DNA from: Takakia lepidozioides
Taxonomy: Eukaryota > Plantae > Bryophyta
Direction: 5' to 3'
Assembly: GCA_030704615.1 (NCBI GenBank)
Contig: CM060731.1
Location: 6,572,001 to 6,636,000, forward strand
Length of the DNA: 64,000 nucleotides
Of this stretch, positions 11,127-24,900 are shown one piece after another (position 1 is the first letter of the stretch; every line of letters starts with the position of its first letter). The notes beneath the pieces were generated by a model. The model was not told the DNA's origin. It saw only the letters and a program-made list of their open reading frames with translations, and did no database searches. The position numbers were made by a program, and so were the translations under genes.

Positions 11127-14100
11127 TTAATCCGTGCATCTGATGACGTTGTAAGTAAGCCACATTTTCTGGTTGTGGAGCCAACGTGAGCAGAATGGGC
11201 AGGTTGTGGAATTGCCTGGGAGGGAAACGGTGTCCTGAAGTCCTGTAGGTACAACAGATCCTGTGAATACACATAAATTGAACATAAATCTGAAATCACA
11301 GAGGTGGAAGATGGTCGGGCTGTCGAGTCTGGTGGACACTCTCGTGTGCGGGGGGAACGGCATGTTGGCCCTTAGTCTGTCCATGTTCGGCATCAGTCTG
11401 CTGCTCAGTGTCCTCAGTCTGGCCAGTCTGGTGATCAGTCTGCTCGCCGCTCTAGTCGGTTTGCTGTCGAGTCTGGTGGTCACTCTCGTGGGCGGGGGGA
11501 ACGACATGTTGGCCCTCCCTCAAAGGACCATGTTCAACGTCAGTCTGCTGCTCACTGTCCTCAGTCTGGTCAGTCTGCTGTTCAGCCCGGTGGTCACTCT
11601 CGTGGTCGGTCTGCTCTTGCAGGGAGGAGATCAATCTATCAACTTGCAAGTCAACTGTGTCTTCAAGGTCCGATGCAGAAAAAGCTTGACTACCGCCAAC
11701 ATCTAAATTATCCGCGGCAACTACATCGTCTAGTTCTTCAGTAAGGTCAATGATACGGGGTTGAGTTCCCATATTGCGGTCGGTCAAGTAAGAATCATCT
11801 AGAGCTTTCGCAAGCGAATGAACCAAAACCGGGCTGAGCTGAATGGAAATAGATGGCAGGTCATGGGCCACTGGAGAAGAATGGTTTACCGGTGCCTAGC
11901 TTATATCCTCAAACGATGCGCCAATATGTGAAGATGGCCCGGCGGGAAAAGAAAACTCCGTCAATGCACTGATAGATTTCCGCAGAAATTCAGAGATAGG
12001 GGGGTTGAGGCCAGTGCAGCCGACTTTGTTCAACGAGCTAGGATCCGGACTAGTGGACAGGAAGTGTAGTTGGGTCCTCCGAGTCAGTGTGGTCGTGAAT
12101 CTGTTGGACAGTCTGCAGGGCACTGTCATTGTGGTGACTGTTTTCAGTCTGCTGGACGGTCTGGTCATTTGTATGCTGCATAGTCTGCTGGTGCACAGCC
12201 AGGTCATCCGTCTGCAGCCCGGTCTGGTCAATAGTATGCTGGACGGTCTGCTTGACAGCGACGTCATTGGTATGCTGCACGGTCTAGTGCAGAGGCAGTC
12301 CTTCAGTCTGCTCGCCGGTCTGCTCATGAGTCTCCTCGTCCGCGGTGTGGCCTGTAGTGCGCCCACTCTCTTGAACAGTGGCTGGGATAGTGTTGACAGT
12401 CGGTCCATGCTCTTTTTGTTGCAGTGGGTCAGTTTGATGAGCAATGGCGTCGTCAGCAGTCTGCTTAACGGTGTCATGGAGTCCATGTAACGCTAGCACA
12501 ACATCTCGTGCACATCTGGCAAGGGAATCGAAAGCACACTGCATGTGCTCGTCTAAATCGGACATTCCTGAAACAGATGAGTTGGACAAAGTGAGTCTGA
12601 CAGGATGGTGGAAGAAAAGACCATGAACTTCACAACGGTCCAGAAGAAGTCGGCATTACCTTCTAGGAGATTGCCAATGAGACCAGGGTGAAAGCATGGT
12701 AGGGTCAGCCCAAAATGGAAGTCCCAGACAGTTTATTTTTGCATTTTGTATATATAGGACTCAATGAAGATGTTAAGTTGGAATTTTTTATGGGTTATGA
12801 AGCAAAATCTAGACCATTGTTGACGTTTCGAACATAATGAAATTTGAATCAGACAAATCTGACAAGATTTGAAAATCCATATAAGTCCATGAGTGCATGA
12901 AGCTTATGCGGTCTCAACGGGTGATATGCCCTTCATGGACTCATTGGGAAATGAATCCGACATCCATTGTAGATGGAAAATTTAACCACCTTCATTGATC
13001 TCCCTTGTTATATGAAAATCTGGTTCAAAGGTCAAAATTTCCTCCCCTACAAGTTTTAGACGTAATTAAATATTTATAAATTTCGTGAATTAGCACATCG
13101 ATTTTGGACATGCAATCTTCATTATTTTTTATATCTCCTTTCACAATAAGATGGATTGAAAGCTTATGGAGGGAAATATGCCTACAAAATTTAGAATCGA
13201 ACCCACCTATGAAGACTTGCAAATTTTCAATCTATGAATTGATGTCAATAAAGGGTGAGATTGATAAATAAACCTAGGGAGGTAGCATGATATCATATGT
13301 ATGTAGTCTTCAAGGTTTCACAAATAGGTTTGTCTAAACATACATTGTCCATGAAAGTGGAGTCGAGGACTCCCAGATTCTGCCAGTTTTGGGTGGACCC
13401 TATCCTGCATTGACCCACCAATATCTTTGATTTGACGTTCCAAACATGCTCCATCGAGATGGCGAATCGCTGGCATGCGATTTTCAAATGGGGAGCCGCA
13501 CCAAAGGGCTTTGAACACATCCGGTCTGTTCAACACAATATCGAACACTGCTCGCTCCATTACCGCAGCAAATCATTGCAACGCCTCATCCACAACATTC
13601 TTCTTACCCGCATCCGAATCTGAATGAAACAAATACTTCCTCAAACTTTGCAGGTCCTTTACCAATTTACTGTATGAACGGAAATTGCCGAACTGCATCC
13701 ATCGATGGTGAAGGAAAGAATTAGCAATGCGATCAAAGTACTCTTCAGTAATTCCAAGCAAATGCTTTCCCTGCACCCCAAAGGTAGGATGTGCCATGGG
13801 CATATGTCTAAGTTCGTGAGGCCGTGGGTCATCCATGAGGATTAATTGGACAAGCAGTGGCGGACATTTTGGACCTTCGTGGCTGCAAGGGCAACAGAAT
13901 GTGCGCTTTCGAGGACTTCATTCGCTTCTGCCATAGTAAATTCCATGGAATAATGAAAGGGAACAAAATGCCACCAGCCGTCCGTGACAATGCAATGGAG
14001 CTCATTATACCAATCTACATTGGCATTGACTTCCCCTACCCTCAGAAGGGCAAGTGTCAGGTCCACAGCTTCGGGATCAATGAGCGGCAATGACGAACGC

Positions 14101-14284
14101 CAAACTCCAAATAGTCCCGTGGTGGTCGTGACAATGGGAGTCTGCTGGCTGGGAGTCCGCTCAATGGGAGTCCGCTGGACAGCACTGTGGTGGATGGGCG
14201 TCTTCTGGGTGGCAGTCTGCTGGTTGGGAGTCTGCAAAGCAATTTGCTGGATGGGAGTATGCTGGACGAGAGCCTAGTTACCAT
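11127..14284 (-). pseudogene. Degenerate unknown coding region with Q/T/D-rich low-complexity repeats
   Basis: Chain of same-strand ORF fragments (13842-14237, 13573-13836, 13318-13560, 12284-12589, 11452-11871) with QQTP/QQTD repeats. Confidence 0.3.
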
Positions 14285-14481
14285 TCCTGACGTGACGTGG
14301 CGCCGTTACGTCGGCCGTCATGTCCGACGTGCGTCACGTTACGTCGAATCCGAACGTTTACCCATGTAATTTTTTTTACATTTGACTTTTACGATTTATT
14401 TCTACCCTTTGTAATGACATGGCAGCCACGGTGTAAAACAGACGTGGCCAATTTTATATATATATATATTTAAAAATATGT

Positions 14482-14777
14482 TCGCCTATATTGGCGGTCG
14501 CATATAATTTTATTATGTTTAAAATAAAAGCGACCGCCCATATTGGCGGTCGCTTGTATTTTATTATATTTTAAAAGAAGCAACCGCCTACATTGGCGGT
14601 CGGTTGAAGTTTATTATGTTTTAAATGAAGCGACCGCCCAGATTGGCGGTCGCTCGCACTTTATTATATTATTATTATTATATCTTTGATATATTCTGTA
14701 AAAATACAGCGACCGCCATGTGGCGGTCGCTATATATATATTTTAAATTTAGCGACCGCCATTTAGCAGCGGTCGCT
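14482..14777. repeat. Array of six GC-rich inverted repeats (GCGACCGCC-n4-7-GGCGGTCGC) in AT-rich spacers
   Basis: Directly visible, with ~50-bp spacing for the first four copies. Confidence 0.85.
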
Positions 14778-15003
14778 TATTTTTATTTTTATTTTGTTTT
14801 TAATTTTTTAATCATGAAGCGGCGCCTAGCCAGCCACGTGGTGAGGTGCCACGGGTCGGGAAAAACGAAACAAATGGGATGGGGGGAGGTGGTTTTGAAC
14901 CCTTGACCTCTCCCATGTGGGTGTGCGTGGCGAGGCGCCAATGACTTGTCGCGTCTTTTCAAGCATAATGCCATTTGGGGGGGGGGGGGGGCTGTTGGGC
15001 GCC

Positions 15004-15011
15004 TATATAAA
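15004..15011 (+). promoter_or_regulatory. Putative TATA box upstream of the kinase-like ORF
   Basis: CCTATATAAA follows a poly-G run and a CCACGTGG G-box, about 150 bp before the long ORF. Confidence 0.4.
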
Positions 15012-15160
15012 CCATTCCCCCCTCCTTTTTAGATCACTTTTGCCCCTCTTGTGGTGCGATTCCTTGGCATCCTGTAGTCATTTCGGACTTCGTTGTTTGG
15101 CACTGCCAACGGGAGGTGCAAAGGTGATTATTTGGGGGGGGAGGTTTTGTCGGTTTTCTA

Positions 15161-16803
15161 TTGGTCAGTCCCATACACTTGTTCACGGTACAATCATCGT
15201 ATCACCATTTTGCCGTTTCTGGATCTCCGGCGGCCTGTTTTTTTACAGAAAACTACGAAGACACCATCCACACGCGTTCATTGCTGTTTTCTGAGGTTTT
15301 GGACCCTGTAGTGGGCAAAGGTTTATACAATGTCGGGGATTGTGAATTCAAGTTCTGGGTGGGGTCGTCTGGGGGGCGGAGGAAGAGAAAACGTGCCCAC
15401 GAGCGGGATAGCCAGGTCAACAAGCCAGACTACCTGGGACCGGATGCCTTGGATAGGGTGAAAGAAGTGGTAGTGGATTATTATTTCAAGGATAGGGACA
15501 TGACGAGGCTGGAGAGTGCTTATGACAGGCATGGATGGGAGGGGTTTCAGATTTTTCACCAAAATATAGAGAGGAAAATGACAAACGCTTTGGTGGGGGC
15601 TAAGTGGACGGCGAACAAGGACAAGCCGAAGTTCAATCGGTGGATCCAAAGCAGGGCGAAAGACTCCATGTGGAATTTGAGGCAGCTAATAAAGACATGG
15701 AAGGGTAGAACAACCGAGGGTCGAGAGCACTCCGCCGAAGCTGAGTTAATGCGACGTGTTGAGTATTGGGCTTGCTCGGCAAGTCAAAATTCACATCGCC
15801 GGACTAGGGTTGTCCCTTGGAAGGCGGGGTCATCGGGCGGGGGATACACAACTGGTCTTTATTACCTGAACTCTAGTGCGAAGGTGGTAGAGATTGGCCC
15901 TTACAAAGAAGGAGGGTATGCTAAGGTCCGTCAATGTAAGATTGTTGGCAATTCTAGAATACCGGAGCGTTGGGAGCTAGCGGGAAAAAAACCCAAGTCC
16001 AAAAATCCAGAAAAGGCGTTGAGACAACATAACGACGAGTGTTTGGCAGTGAAGTTCCAGCATCCGGGTGTTATCTCGTATTTTGCTGTGAATGCACGTG
16101 AGGTAGAGGGTTACACTTGCTAGTGGAATGGGAGGACAATACGCGACATGATGAACCTTGACAGAAAATGAGGCAACGATTCGGACAACAGGGTGATTTT
16201 GGAACAAAAGGGAACGGAAGCAGAGTTCCAGGAATGCGATCGCTTGCTTTGTTTCCGGAAAGTGCCCAGTAAACTTGCATGGGCACTGGTGTGCATCATG
16301 GATGTTATCCACAAGAACGGTGTCCTGCACAACGACTTGTCCCCCGACAACATCTTGTTGCATTTTCCAGATGGCACCGAGGAGATCAAGATTGGGGTGT
16401 ATGATTGGGGCTTAGCCACCCCATTGGGCATACGCAAAGCCTCGCCGTACCAGTTTGAAACCAAGACAAGCTGGACCGGGAACTCGCGAAAAGATGGTGG
16501 GTGGAAAAAGATATTGCATCGGTTTTCAATGTGAATGTCACCCCCCCCCCCCCCCCCCCCCCCAAGGACATGACGTCGGAGGCCTTTGCCGTTGGGAAGA
16601 TAGCTGTACGAATAAATGGCGGCGCTCATTATGATCAAAGTATGTTCCAGGACCAATTTACGGGAGGTTGTTGGCATTCAATGCTACAAAGGTTGTACGA
16701 CAACAATAACAATGAGATAATCACATTAGCCCATGTAGTACTTTGGTTCATGGACAAGCCATTCAATTGGCCTGAGCCGAAAAACGTATATAGGACAGAG
16801 TAG
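15161..16803 (+). pseudogene. Intronless divergent Ser/Thr protein kinase with an unknown N-terminal extension (stops and a frameshift)
   Basis: EGGYAKV (I), LAGKK (II), HPGVI (IV), HNDLSPDNILL (VIb), DWGLA (VII). In-frame stops at ~16121 and ~16169; frameshift near 16490. Confidence 0.8.
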
Positions 16804-16886
16804 ACCATAGTCTCGTAGATATGAGATTTCTGGCGGTACAATGGTTCTTTTATGAAGACATAACTCAATTTTGATCGTGTATGTAA

Positions 16887-17417
16887 TAAATAAAGTCCCA
16901 TTGTAAATACTACATTGCATATGCTCGACCCTGGCACTTGTCATCGCAACATAAATGGTTTGTGTACTGGCTCATTGTTTATATTTGTAATGTTCCAGGT
17001 TTCGGATAGGGTTATGAGAAAACGATGTATTAGTTTCGTAGGAGTTAGACAACAAACGTCTCTTCTCATTCAACTGTGCAACACTACCATGAGAGGCATG
17101 GATCGGAAAGTAATAGGTACACATGCGACCTCCGAACGTTTGATACTAGATCTCTACTTAAACGTGCGGAGGTTGCATGTACACCTATTACTTTTTCATC
17201 CATGCCACTCATGGTAGTGTCGCACAGTTGAATGAGATATGGAACGTTTGTTCTCTAACTCCTATCGAACCAATATATCATTTTCTCAGTACTTTGTCAG
17301 AAACATTGAAACATTCGCAGTTACAAATAGTGCCACAATACACGGTCGGTTTTGTTGAAATGACATTTGTGAGGTTCGAGCGTATGCAATTTATTATTTA
17401 CAACGGAATTTTATTTA
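16887..17417. repeat. Long imperfect inverted repeat (hairpin with ~260-bp arms)
   Basis: CTCATTCAACTGTGCAACACTACCATGAG pairs with CTCATGGTAGTGTCGCACAGTTGAATGAG. Loop at ~17144-17157. Confidence 0.85.
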
Positions 17418-17484
17418 CTCGGGGGACCGGTACTGCTGTTGGAGCGCAACTGATGGTGCGAGTTCTCTATTGATTGGAGCTGTC

Positions 17485-17757
17485 ACAACCAATGTCAACA
17501 ATCATATTTACGGTAAGGTGTTTCATGCTATTGTTGTTCCTCTAGCTGAATTCTGTAGTACTCTTTTTGCTATTCCCATGCCAACGTCCTCTGAGACTGT
17601 CATGTTCAAACGGACGTATCAGCCACCCCGGCCAGCTTGCATGGTGGACTTGATGTTGTTGGCATGGGAGTAGCAAAACGATTCCTAAATAATTCAGCTA
17701 CATGAACATCGGCAGTATGAAACACCTTGCAGTACATATGATTCTTGAGATTGTTTG
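17485..17757. repeat. Second imperfect inverted repeat (~100-bp arms)
   Basis: TTTTGCTATTCCCATGCCAAC pairs with GTTGGCATGGGAGTAGCAAAA, and AAGGTGTTTCAT pairs with ATGAAACACCTT. Confidence 0.8.
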
Positions 17758-17841
17758 CACGGATTATTTGTGTTTGTGCTTTCAAGTGGCGAATGTTTCC
17801 GCTATGGTGCGGAAGAGGTGCATTGACCATATTAAACGGTT

Positions 17842-18567
17842 TGTCGCGCACCTCACTTCGGTAAGCTCCCCTTCAAGTCATAGTTACTCGCTTTGATGCG
17901 CGCGCCTGACTCCCAACCTGGCCGCCCGGGCCAACTTGGAACTTCAGCTGCTCACCGGGACATAACGGTCCCCCTTCGCTTCCCTCTAAACCCTCCACCT
18001 ATTTGGGACTAGGAGAATTCCCTTTTGGTAGATGGCAGTCCGGAACAGCTCCCCACTCTTTGGTCGCTTTCCGGCTCGTTCGCTTACTCACTAGTTTTTG
18101 GTTACCAACGGGCTTGCACCGTTCTCGGGGTTACTACTCCCTATATATACTTCTGTAGCTGTCCGCGGGGGTTTCATAACCAGCCATGCCATTTTATGGC
18201 GAACCACCACGAAAACCCTCGACTCCCGGTGATGAGTTGCAGTGAGTCTTGGCCCACTCATCACGGCCCCTATGGACCGTGATGAGTCCCAAGGCTCCCC
18301 ACGACTCCCACCACGAGGTCTCCGCCCCATGGTGAGTCCTATGCCACCCCCACTAAGTCCCGCTAAGCTACCACCACCCCTTGTGGAGCCACCCCCACCG
18401 CAACCCGGTGTGCGGGGCTCCACCTAGTGAGCGCCTCCGCCTCCTTGAGTGCCTTGGGCACTCAAGGGTGCTTCAGCCCCCCATACCTATCGCTGCCGAT
18501 GCCCCCACTACAGGGGCAGCCCCTCATGTGTCCCGACCCCCTGCCCTCAAGGCAAAGGGCCGCGACA
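17842..18567 (-). repeat. 3' LTR of chromovirus copy B2
   Basis: TG...CA termini; highly similar to 21982-22700 and 28220-28947. Confidence 0.9.
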
Positions 18568-19472
18568 CACACCCCTACCAACAGGGAGTCGATGTCCTCA
18601 TCGACTTGTCCATTTTGTAGAAACGAACATCCAAGTTGTGGCGTCCCACATCAAGGAGTTTGTTTCCGCACCATGGCGTCCCATGGCAAAGAACCAAACC
18701 CCACACTTGACTCTACTCTCCACTAGCTAGTTCGGCCGACTTCCTCCAAGTCCTGGCCAAGGGTGGAGCCTCTCCAGCTCCTCCCAATGCACTCTTCTTG
18801 GCCTACTTCAAGGCCAAGGAACGATCCTCCCCGAGGATCGAATCGCCTTACTGCAACAACATTGCTTGCGATCGCTCATGATGCCGCTTTTGGCATCACC
18901 TTGAGCAAGGGTTCCCTGGAACCCTCTTTGACTAGGAAGATAACCTTGAACCAACCGTGCGCCCCAATCACTACAATTGGGTCCGCCTTGGAATGCTGGC
19001 CTGAGGTACGGGAACACGCCGAAGCCGCACTACAACTTCGTCCCGAGGCTACATGATTATAGTACGTGAACGGAAGCACGTAGCTTCCGCGTTAGCCCGC
19101 ACTACAAGGCAACCCCCTCGGTAGCGCAGTTATAGTACGCGCACGCGCCAGGTGCGCACTAGCACGTGAACTCCCAAAGAAGTCGCAAGTTTCCTTGCCC
19201 CTTGGATGGGGGTCACCCGATTTCGGCACTACGCAAATACACGATTAACCCAATTTACCTCTCCCACTTTTATAAGCTAGCATGCATTCCACACACTAGC
19301 CAACCATACCATGCATCACCATTCCAAACAAAATAGGACGCACAACATTTGGAACCCATTTCCTTTATAACAAATTTTTGTACAATACAAGTTTTTGTAA
19401 TCGGATTCCTAAGCTAGCTAAGCCGGGCTAAGCATGCATTTCCTCCCCCACGCTCCAAGGTTGATGTCCCCA

Positions 19473-21009
19473 TCAACGTTTCTTCCGCTTTTGAGGTCGC
19501 CCTTCGAAAGCTGCAACCGCCTCGGATGCGTTTCCCATTTCTGAGGCACGCACCCAAGATGCCTCCACATGATGATAGCCCTTCCATTTGACGAGATACT
19601 CCGTTTCTCGGTTCTTGAACCTCCTCGACTTAAGTATTGCCTCCACCTCGTACTCAGGTTCATTTTCATGATCCAACAGCATAGGTGGCGGACGCAACAC
19701 TTGATGCCGATTTGGACGCGCTTCATCTTTGAAGTAAGGCTTCAAAAGGGAGACATGGAATACTGGGTGCACCTTGCTGTTTGCCGGCAGCTCCAATTCA
19801 TACACATCCTCATTCATAACCTTCCGAATGCGAAAGGGTCCCGCATACGGAGGTACGAACTTCGGACTCACTTCCGGAGGTAGTCGGAAATTCTTGATGT
19901 TCAACCAGACCTCTGTGCCTGCCTCAAACTTCACTTCCCTCCGCTTCCGATTCGCCTGCCTTTCATACCGTTTCCTGGCTTTGGCAATGTTGTACTTTGC
20001 GAGCTTTAACAAACGCTCGCGTTCTTCCAGTACCGCCGCTACTGCCGGTTCCTCAACGTCCTGGGCGGCCCAACTTGTCGGCACCAGAGGTGCTTTTCCA
20101 TAGACCAATACGAAAGGGGATACTCCCGTTGCGGAGTGTTCTGTGTTATTATAACAGAACTCTGCCGCGTCTAAGTGTTCCACCCAGTCTGTTTGGTCTG
20201 CCGACACGTAATTCCGCAAGATCTGCTTCACTACGGAATTCACCCTTTCTGTTTGGCCGTCGGTCGTAGGTCGGAAGGCGGTGCTCATCTTCAGCCTCGT
20301 CCCCATCTTCTTCCAAAGTGTCCTCCAAAATCTACTCGTAAACTTTGGATCGCGATCCGAGACAATATCCTTCGGGACTCCATGATGCTTTAAGACGTGG
20401 GCGAAGTAAAGTCGCCCTGTCTCTTGCGCCGTTGCCGTCTCCTTGGTGGGGATGAAATGGCCCATTTTACTGAACCTATCCACCACCACCATGATTGCAT
20501 CGAATCCTTTTGACAGCGGCATAGCAGTCATGAAATCCATCGAGACGCTTTCCCAAGTCCCCTCTGGAATCGGCAAGGGTTGTAACAGCCCCGCTTGCTT
20601 TTTGTACTCGCTCCGGTTTTGTTGGCATGTGGTGCATGTCTTGACATACTCCTCTGCCTCCTCCCTCAGTTTGGGCCAGAAATACTCTTTCTTCAAGAGT
20701 GCCGCAGTGCGCTTGGCTCCGCCGTGGCTCGCAAGCGGGCTATCATGGCATTCTCTCAAGAGGCTATCTCTGATCCCTCCCTTTGGCACGTAGAGACGTT
20801 TTTGCTTATACCGGAGTAGTCCATTTTGCAAGTGGAACTGCGATTTAACCCCCATCCTCAAGTCCTGCATCACGGACTTCGCCAGCTCATCCTTCCGGCA
20901 AGCCTTTCGGATCTTCCTTTGGAGCGCCATCTCGCCCTTGTACACCAACAAGAGCTGCTGCTTTCTACTTAAAGCATCGGCCACCACGTTGTCTCGTCCC
21001 GGTTTGTAC
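19473..21009 (-). pseudogene. Chromovirus B2 pol, 3' part: integrase plus chromodomain
   Basis: HHCC zinc finger, SMDF...DRD...GQTE core and EYEVEAIL...YLVKWKGY chromodomain. Cut at 21009 by the MULE. Confidence 0.92.
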
Positions 21010-21080
21010 GAGGTTTACTATTTCATGAGCAGAAACCATGAGCCATGAGCCATGAGCCGCATGAGCCGCATGAGCGGTGA
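21010..21080 (+). repeat. Left TIR and CATGAGC subterminal repeats of the MULE
   Basis: Inverted counterpart of 43455-43505. Confidence 0.85.
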
Positions 21081-21719
21081 GCCGAAGTCTAAGATACGCG
21101 GATTTCATGAGCGGACTCCTCCAAATTTGGAAATGCGGCAAATTAAACAAGTATTAAAATAATAGTTTTTTATTTGACCTTGCCGTTTTTGGACGTTCCA
21201 GATCATGTAATGCGGCGAAGATATGTCGTCAGTAACAAGTCTGCTCATGGTTTTTTAGATCCGCTCATGGAAATAAGTGACCGTGCAACGGGAAATCCAG
21301 TATACCACTGCAAAAGGACGTCGCATACTGGCCTGTATAGAGTATTCCGCGGTTTTACATGCCTTAACATTGGAATGAAGCTGACCCTTTTGCCGCGATT
21401 GAACCAATGGAGTCTGCACCAATACAGTCTGCAGTACTTCACAATTCTGTTTTTTTCGGGTATTCGGCGGGAAAGGTTTGCAACTGAACTGGGAAATAGG
21501 GTGCCGCATTAGGGTTCGCACGTGCGAAATTTCGGAGCGGTTTGGTGTTGGCGAAGGCCGCCTCTGGGGGTACCTACGACGATACTTGGAAATGCGGCGC
21601 CGCATTTCCTTGTCGGAGGTCGAATGAGGAAAGCAAGTTTTCGGAAAGCAGAAAAACATGAACCCTCCAACATACAAAAATACATGCACGTGGAAACAAG
21701 TGAACGATATAGTAATATC

Positions 21720-21981
21720 TTAGTTCGAGCAAAACAGGTTACTGGTAGGCAAGACATATGTCGGACCTTTGTGTGGCCAGAGTCTGAGGTACTGGCAGCA
21801 GTACATTCTACTATCCGAAAGGATGGGCGTACCATTGTATGTGGACCGCAAGCCAAGCTCACTGGTCCCCTGATCCATATTCAGAAGAGTGTGAACCTCC
21901 TGGGGGCTCAACCCTGGTGCATGTATGAAGTGATGAGTTGTGGAATTACAACGGAGTCTCTTTAGGTACACGTAGTACAAA
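21720..21981 (-). pseudogene. C-terminal tail of the MULE transposase (rest of the SWIM finger)
   Basis: Removing B1 and one TSD rejoins ...CKHL/YYVYLKRLRC...FIHAPGLSPQEV. Confidence 0.8.
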
Positions 21982-24900
21982 TGTCGCACACCTCAGTTCG
22001 GTAAACTCCCCTTCAAGTCATAGTTACTCGCTTTGATGCGCGCGCCTGACTCCCAACCTGGCCGCCGGGCCAACTTGGAGTTTCGGCTGCTCACCGGGAC
22101 ATAACGGTCCCCTTCCGCTTCCCTCTAAACCCTCCCCCTATTTGGGACTAGGAGAATTCCCTTTGGTAGATGGCAGTCCGGAACAGCTCCCCACTCTTTG
22201 GTCGCTTTCCGGCTCGCTCGCTTACTCACTAGTTTTTGGTCACCAACGGGCTTGCACCGTTCTCGGGTTACTACTCCCTATATATACTTCTGTAGCTGTC
22301 CGCGGGGGTTTCATAACCAGCCATGCCATTTTATGGCGAACCACCACGAAAACCCTCGACTCCCGGTGGTGAGTCGCGGTGAGTCTTGGCCCACTCACCG
22401 CGGCCCCAATGGACCGTGATGAGTCCCAAGACTCCCCACGACTCCCACCTCGAGGTCTCCACCCCATGGTGAGTCCTATGCCACCCCCACTAAGTCCCAC
22501 TAAGCTACCACCACCCTTGTGGAGCCACCTCCACCGCAACCCGGTGTGCGGGGCTCCACCTAGTGAGCGCCTCCGCCTCCTTGAGTGCCTTGGGCACTCA
22601 AGGGTGCTTCAGCCCCCCATACCTATCGCTGCCGCTGCCCCCACCACAGGGGCAGCCCCTCATGTGTCCCGACCCCCCCTCAAGGCAAAGGGCCGCGACA
22701 CACACCCCTACCAACAGGGAGTCGATGTCCTCATCGACTTGTCCATTTTGTAGAAACGAACATCCAAGTTGTGGCGTCCCACATCAAGGAGTTTGTTTCC
22801 GTACCATGGCGTCCCATGGCAAAGAACCAAACCCCACACTTGACTCCACTCTCCACTAGCTAGTTCGGCGGCCGACTTCCTCCAAGTCCCGGCCAAGGGT
22901 GGAGCCTCTCCAGCTCCTCCCAGTGCACTCTTCTTGGCCTACTTCAAGGCCAAGGAACGATCCTCCCCGAGGATCGAATCGCCTTACTGCAACAACATTG
23001 CTTGCGATCGCTCATGATGCCGCTTTTGGCATCACCTTGAGCAAGGGTTCACCTGGAACCCTCTTTGACTAGGAAGATAACCTTGAACCAACCGTGCGCC
23101 CCAATCACTACAATTGGGTCCGCCTTGGAATGCTGGCCTGAGGTACGGGAACACGCCGAAGCCGCACTACGACTTCGTCCCGAGGCTACACGATTATAGT
23201 ACGTGAACGGAAGCACGTAGCTTCCGCGTTAGCCCGCACTACAAGGCAACCCCCTCGGTAGCGCAGTTATAGTACGCGCACGCGCCAGGTGCGCACTAGC
23301 ACTTGAACTCCCAAATAAGGCGCAAGTTTCCTTGCCCCTTGGATGGGAGTCACCCGATTTCGGCACTGCGCAAACACACGATTAACCCAATTTACCTCTC
23401 CCACTTTTGTAAGCTAGCATGCATTCTACACCAGCCAACCACACCATGCATCACCATTCCAAACACAATAGGACGCACAATATTTGGAACCCATTTCCTT
23501 TATCAAATTTTTGTACAATACAAGTTTTTGCAATCGGATTCCTGAGCTAGCTAAACCGGGCTAAGCATGCATTTCCTCCCCCACGCTCCAAGGTTGATGT
23601 CCCCATCAACGCTTCTTCCGCTTTTGAGGTCGCCCTTCGAACGCTGCAACTGCCTCGGATGCGTTTCCCATTTCTGAGGCACGCACCCAAGATGCCTCCA
23701 CAAGATGATAGCCCTTCCATTTGACGAGATACTCCGTTTCTCGGTTCTTGAACCTCCTCGACTTAAGTATTGCCTCCACCTCGTACTCGGGTTCATTTTC
23801 ATGATCCAACAGCATAGGTGGCGGACGCAACACTTGCTGCCGATTCGGACGTGCTTCATCTTTGAAGTAAGGCTTCAAAAGGGAGACATGGAATACTGGG
23901 TGCACCTTGCTGTTTGCTGGCAGCTCCAATTCATACACATCCTCATTCATAACCCTCCGAATGCGAAAGGGACCCGCATACGGAGGTACGAACTTCGGAC
24001 TCATTCCGGAGGTAGTCGAAAATTCTTGATGTTCAACCAGACCTCTGTGCCTGCCTCAAACTTCACTTCCCTCCGCTTCCGATTCGCCTGCCTTTCATAC
24101 CGTTTCCTAGCTTTGGCAATGTTGTACTTTGCGAGCTTCAACAAACGCTCGCGTTCTTCCAGTACCGCCGCTACTGCCGGTTCCTCAACGTCCTGGGCGG
24201 CCCAACTTGTCGGCACCAGAGGTGCTTTTCCATAGACCAACACAAAAGGGGAAACTCCCGTCGCGGAGTGTTCTGTGTTATTATAACAGAACTCTGCCGC
24301 GTCTAAGTGTTCCATCCAGTCTGATTGGTCTGCCGACACGTAATTCCGCAAGAATTGCTTCACTACGGAATTCACTCTTTCCGTTTGGCCGTCCGTCGTA
24401 GGTCGGAAGGCGGTGCTCATCTTCAGCCTCGTCCCCATCTTCTTCCAAAGTGCTCTCCAGAATTTACTCGTAAACTTTGGATCGCGGTCCGAGACAATAT
24501 CCTTCGGGACTCCATGATGCTTTAAGACGTGGGCGAAGTAAAGTCGCCCTGTCTCCTGCGCAGTTGCCGTCTCCTTGGTGGCGATGAAATGGGCCATTTT
24601 ACTGAACCTATCTACCACCACCATGATTGCATCGAATCCTTTTGACAGCGGCATAGCAGTCATGAAATCCATCGAGACGCTTTCCCAAGTCCCCTCTGGA
24701 ATCGGCAAGGGTTGTAACAGCCCCGCTTGCTTTTTATACTCGCTCCGGTTTTGTTGGCATGTGGTGCATGTCTTTACATACTCCTCTGCCTCCTCCCTCA
24801 GTTTGGGCCAGAAATACTCTTTCTTCAAGAGTGCCGCAGTGCGCTTGGCTCCACCGTGGCCCGCAAGCGGGCTATCATGGCATTCTCTCAAGAGACTATC

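Noticed and set aside
14482-14777. CRISPR-like array
   Set aside because: The spacers are low-complexity AT runs, the repeats are variable, and there are no cas genes.
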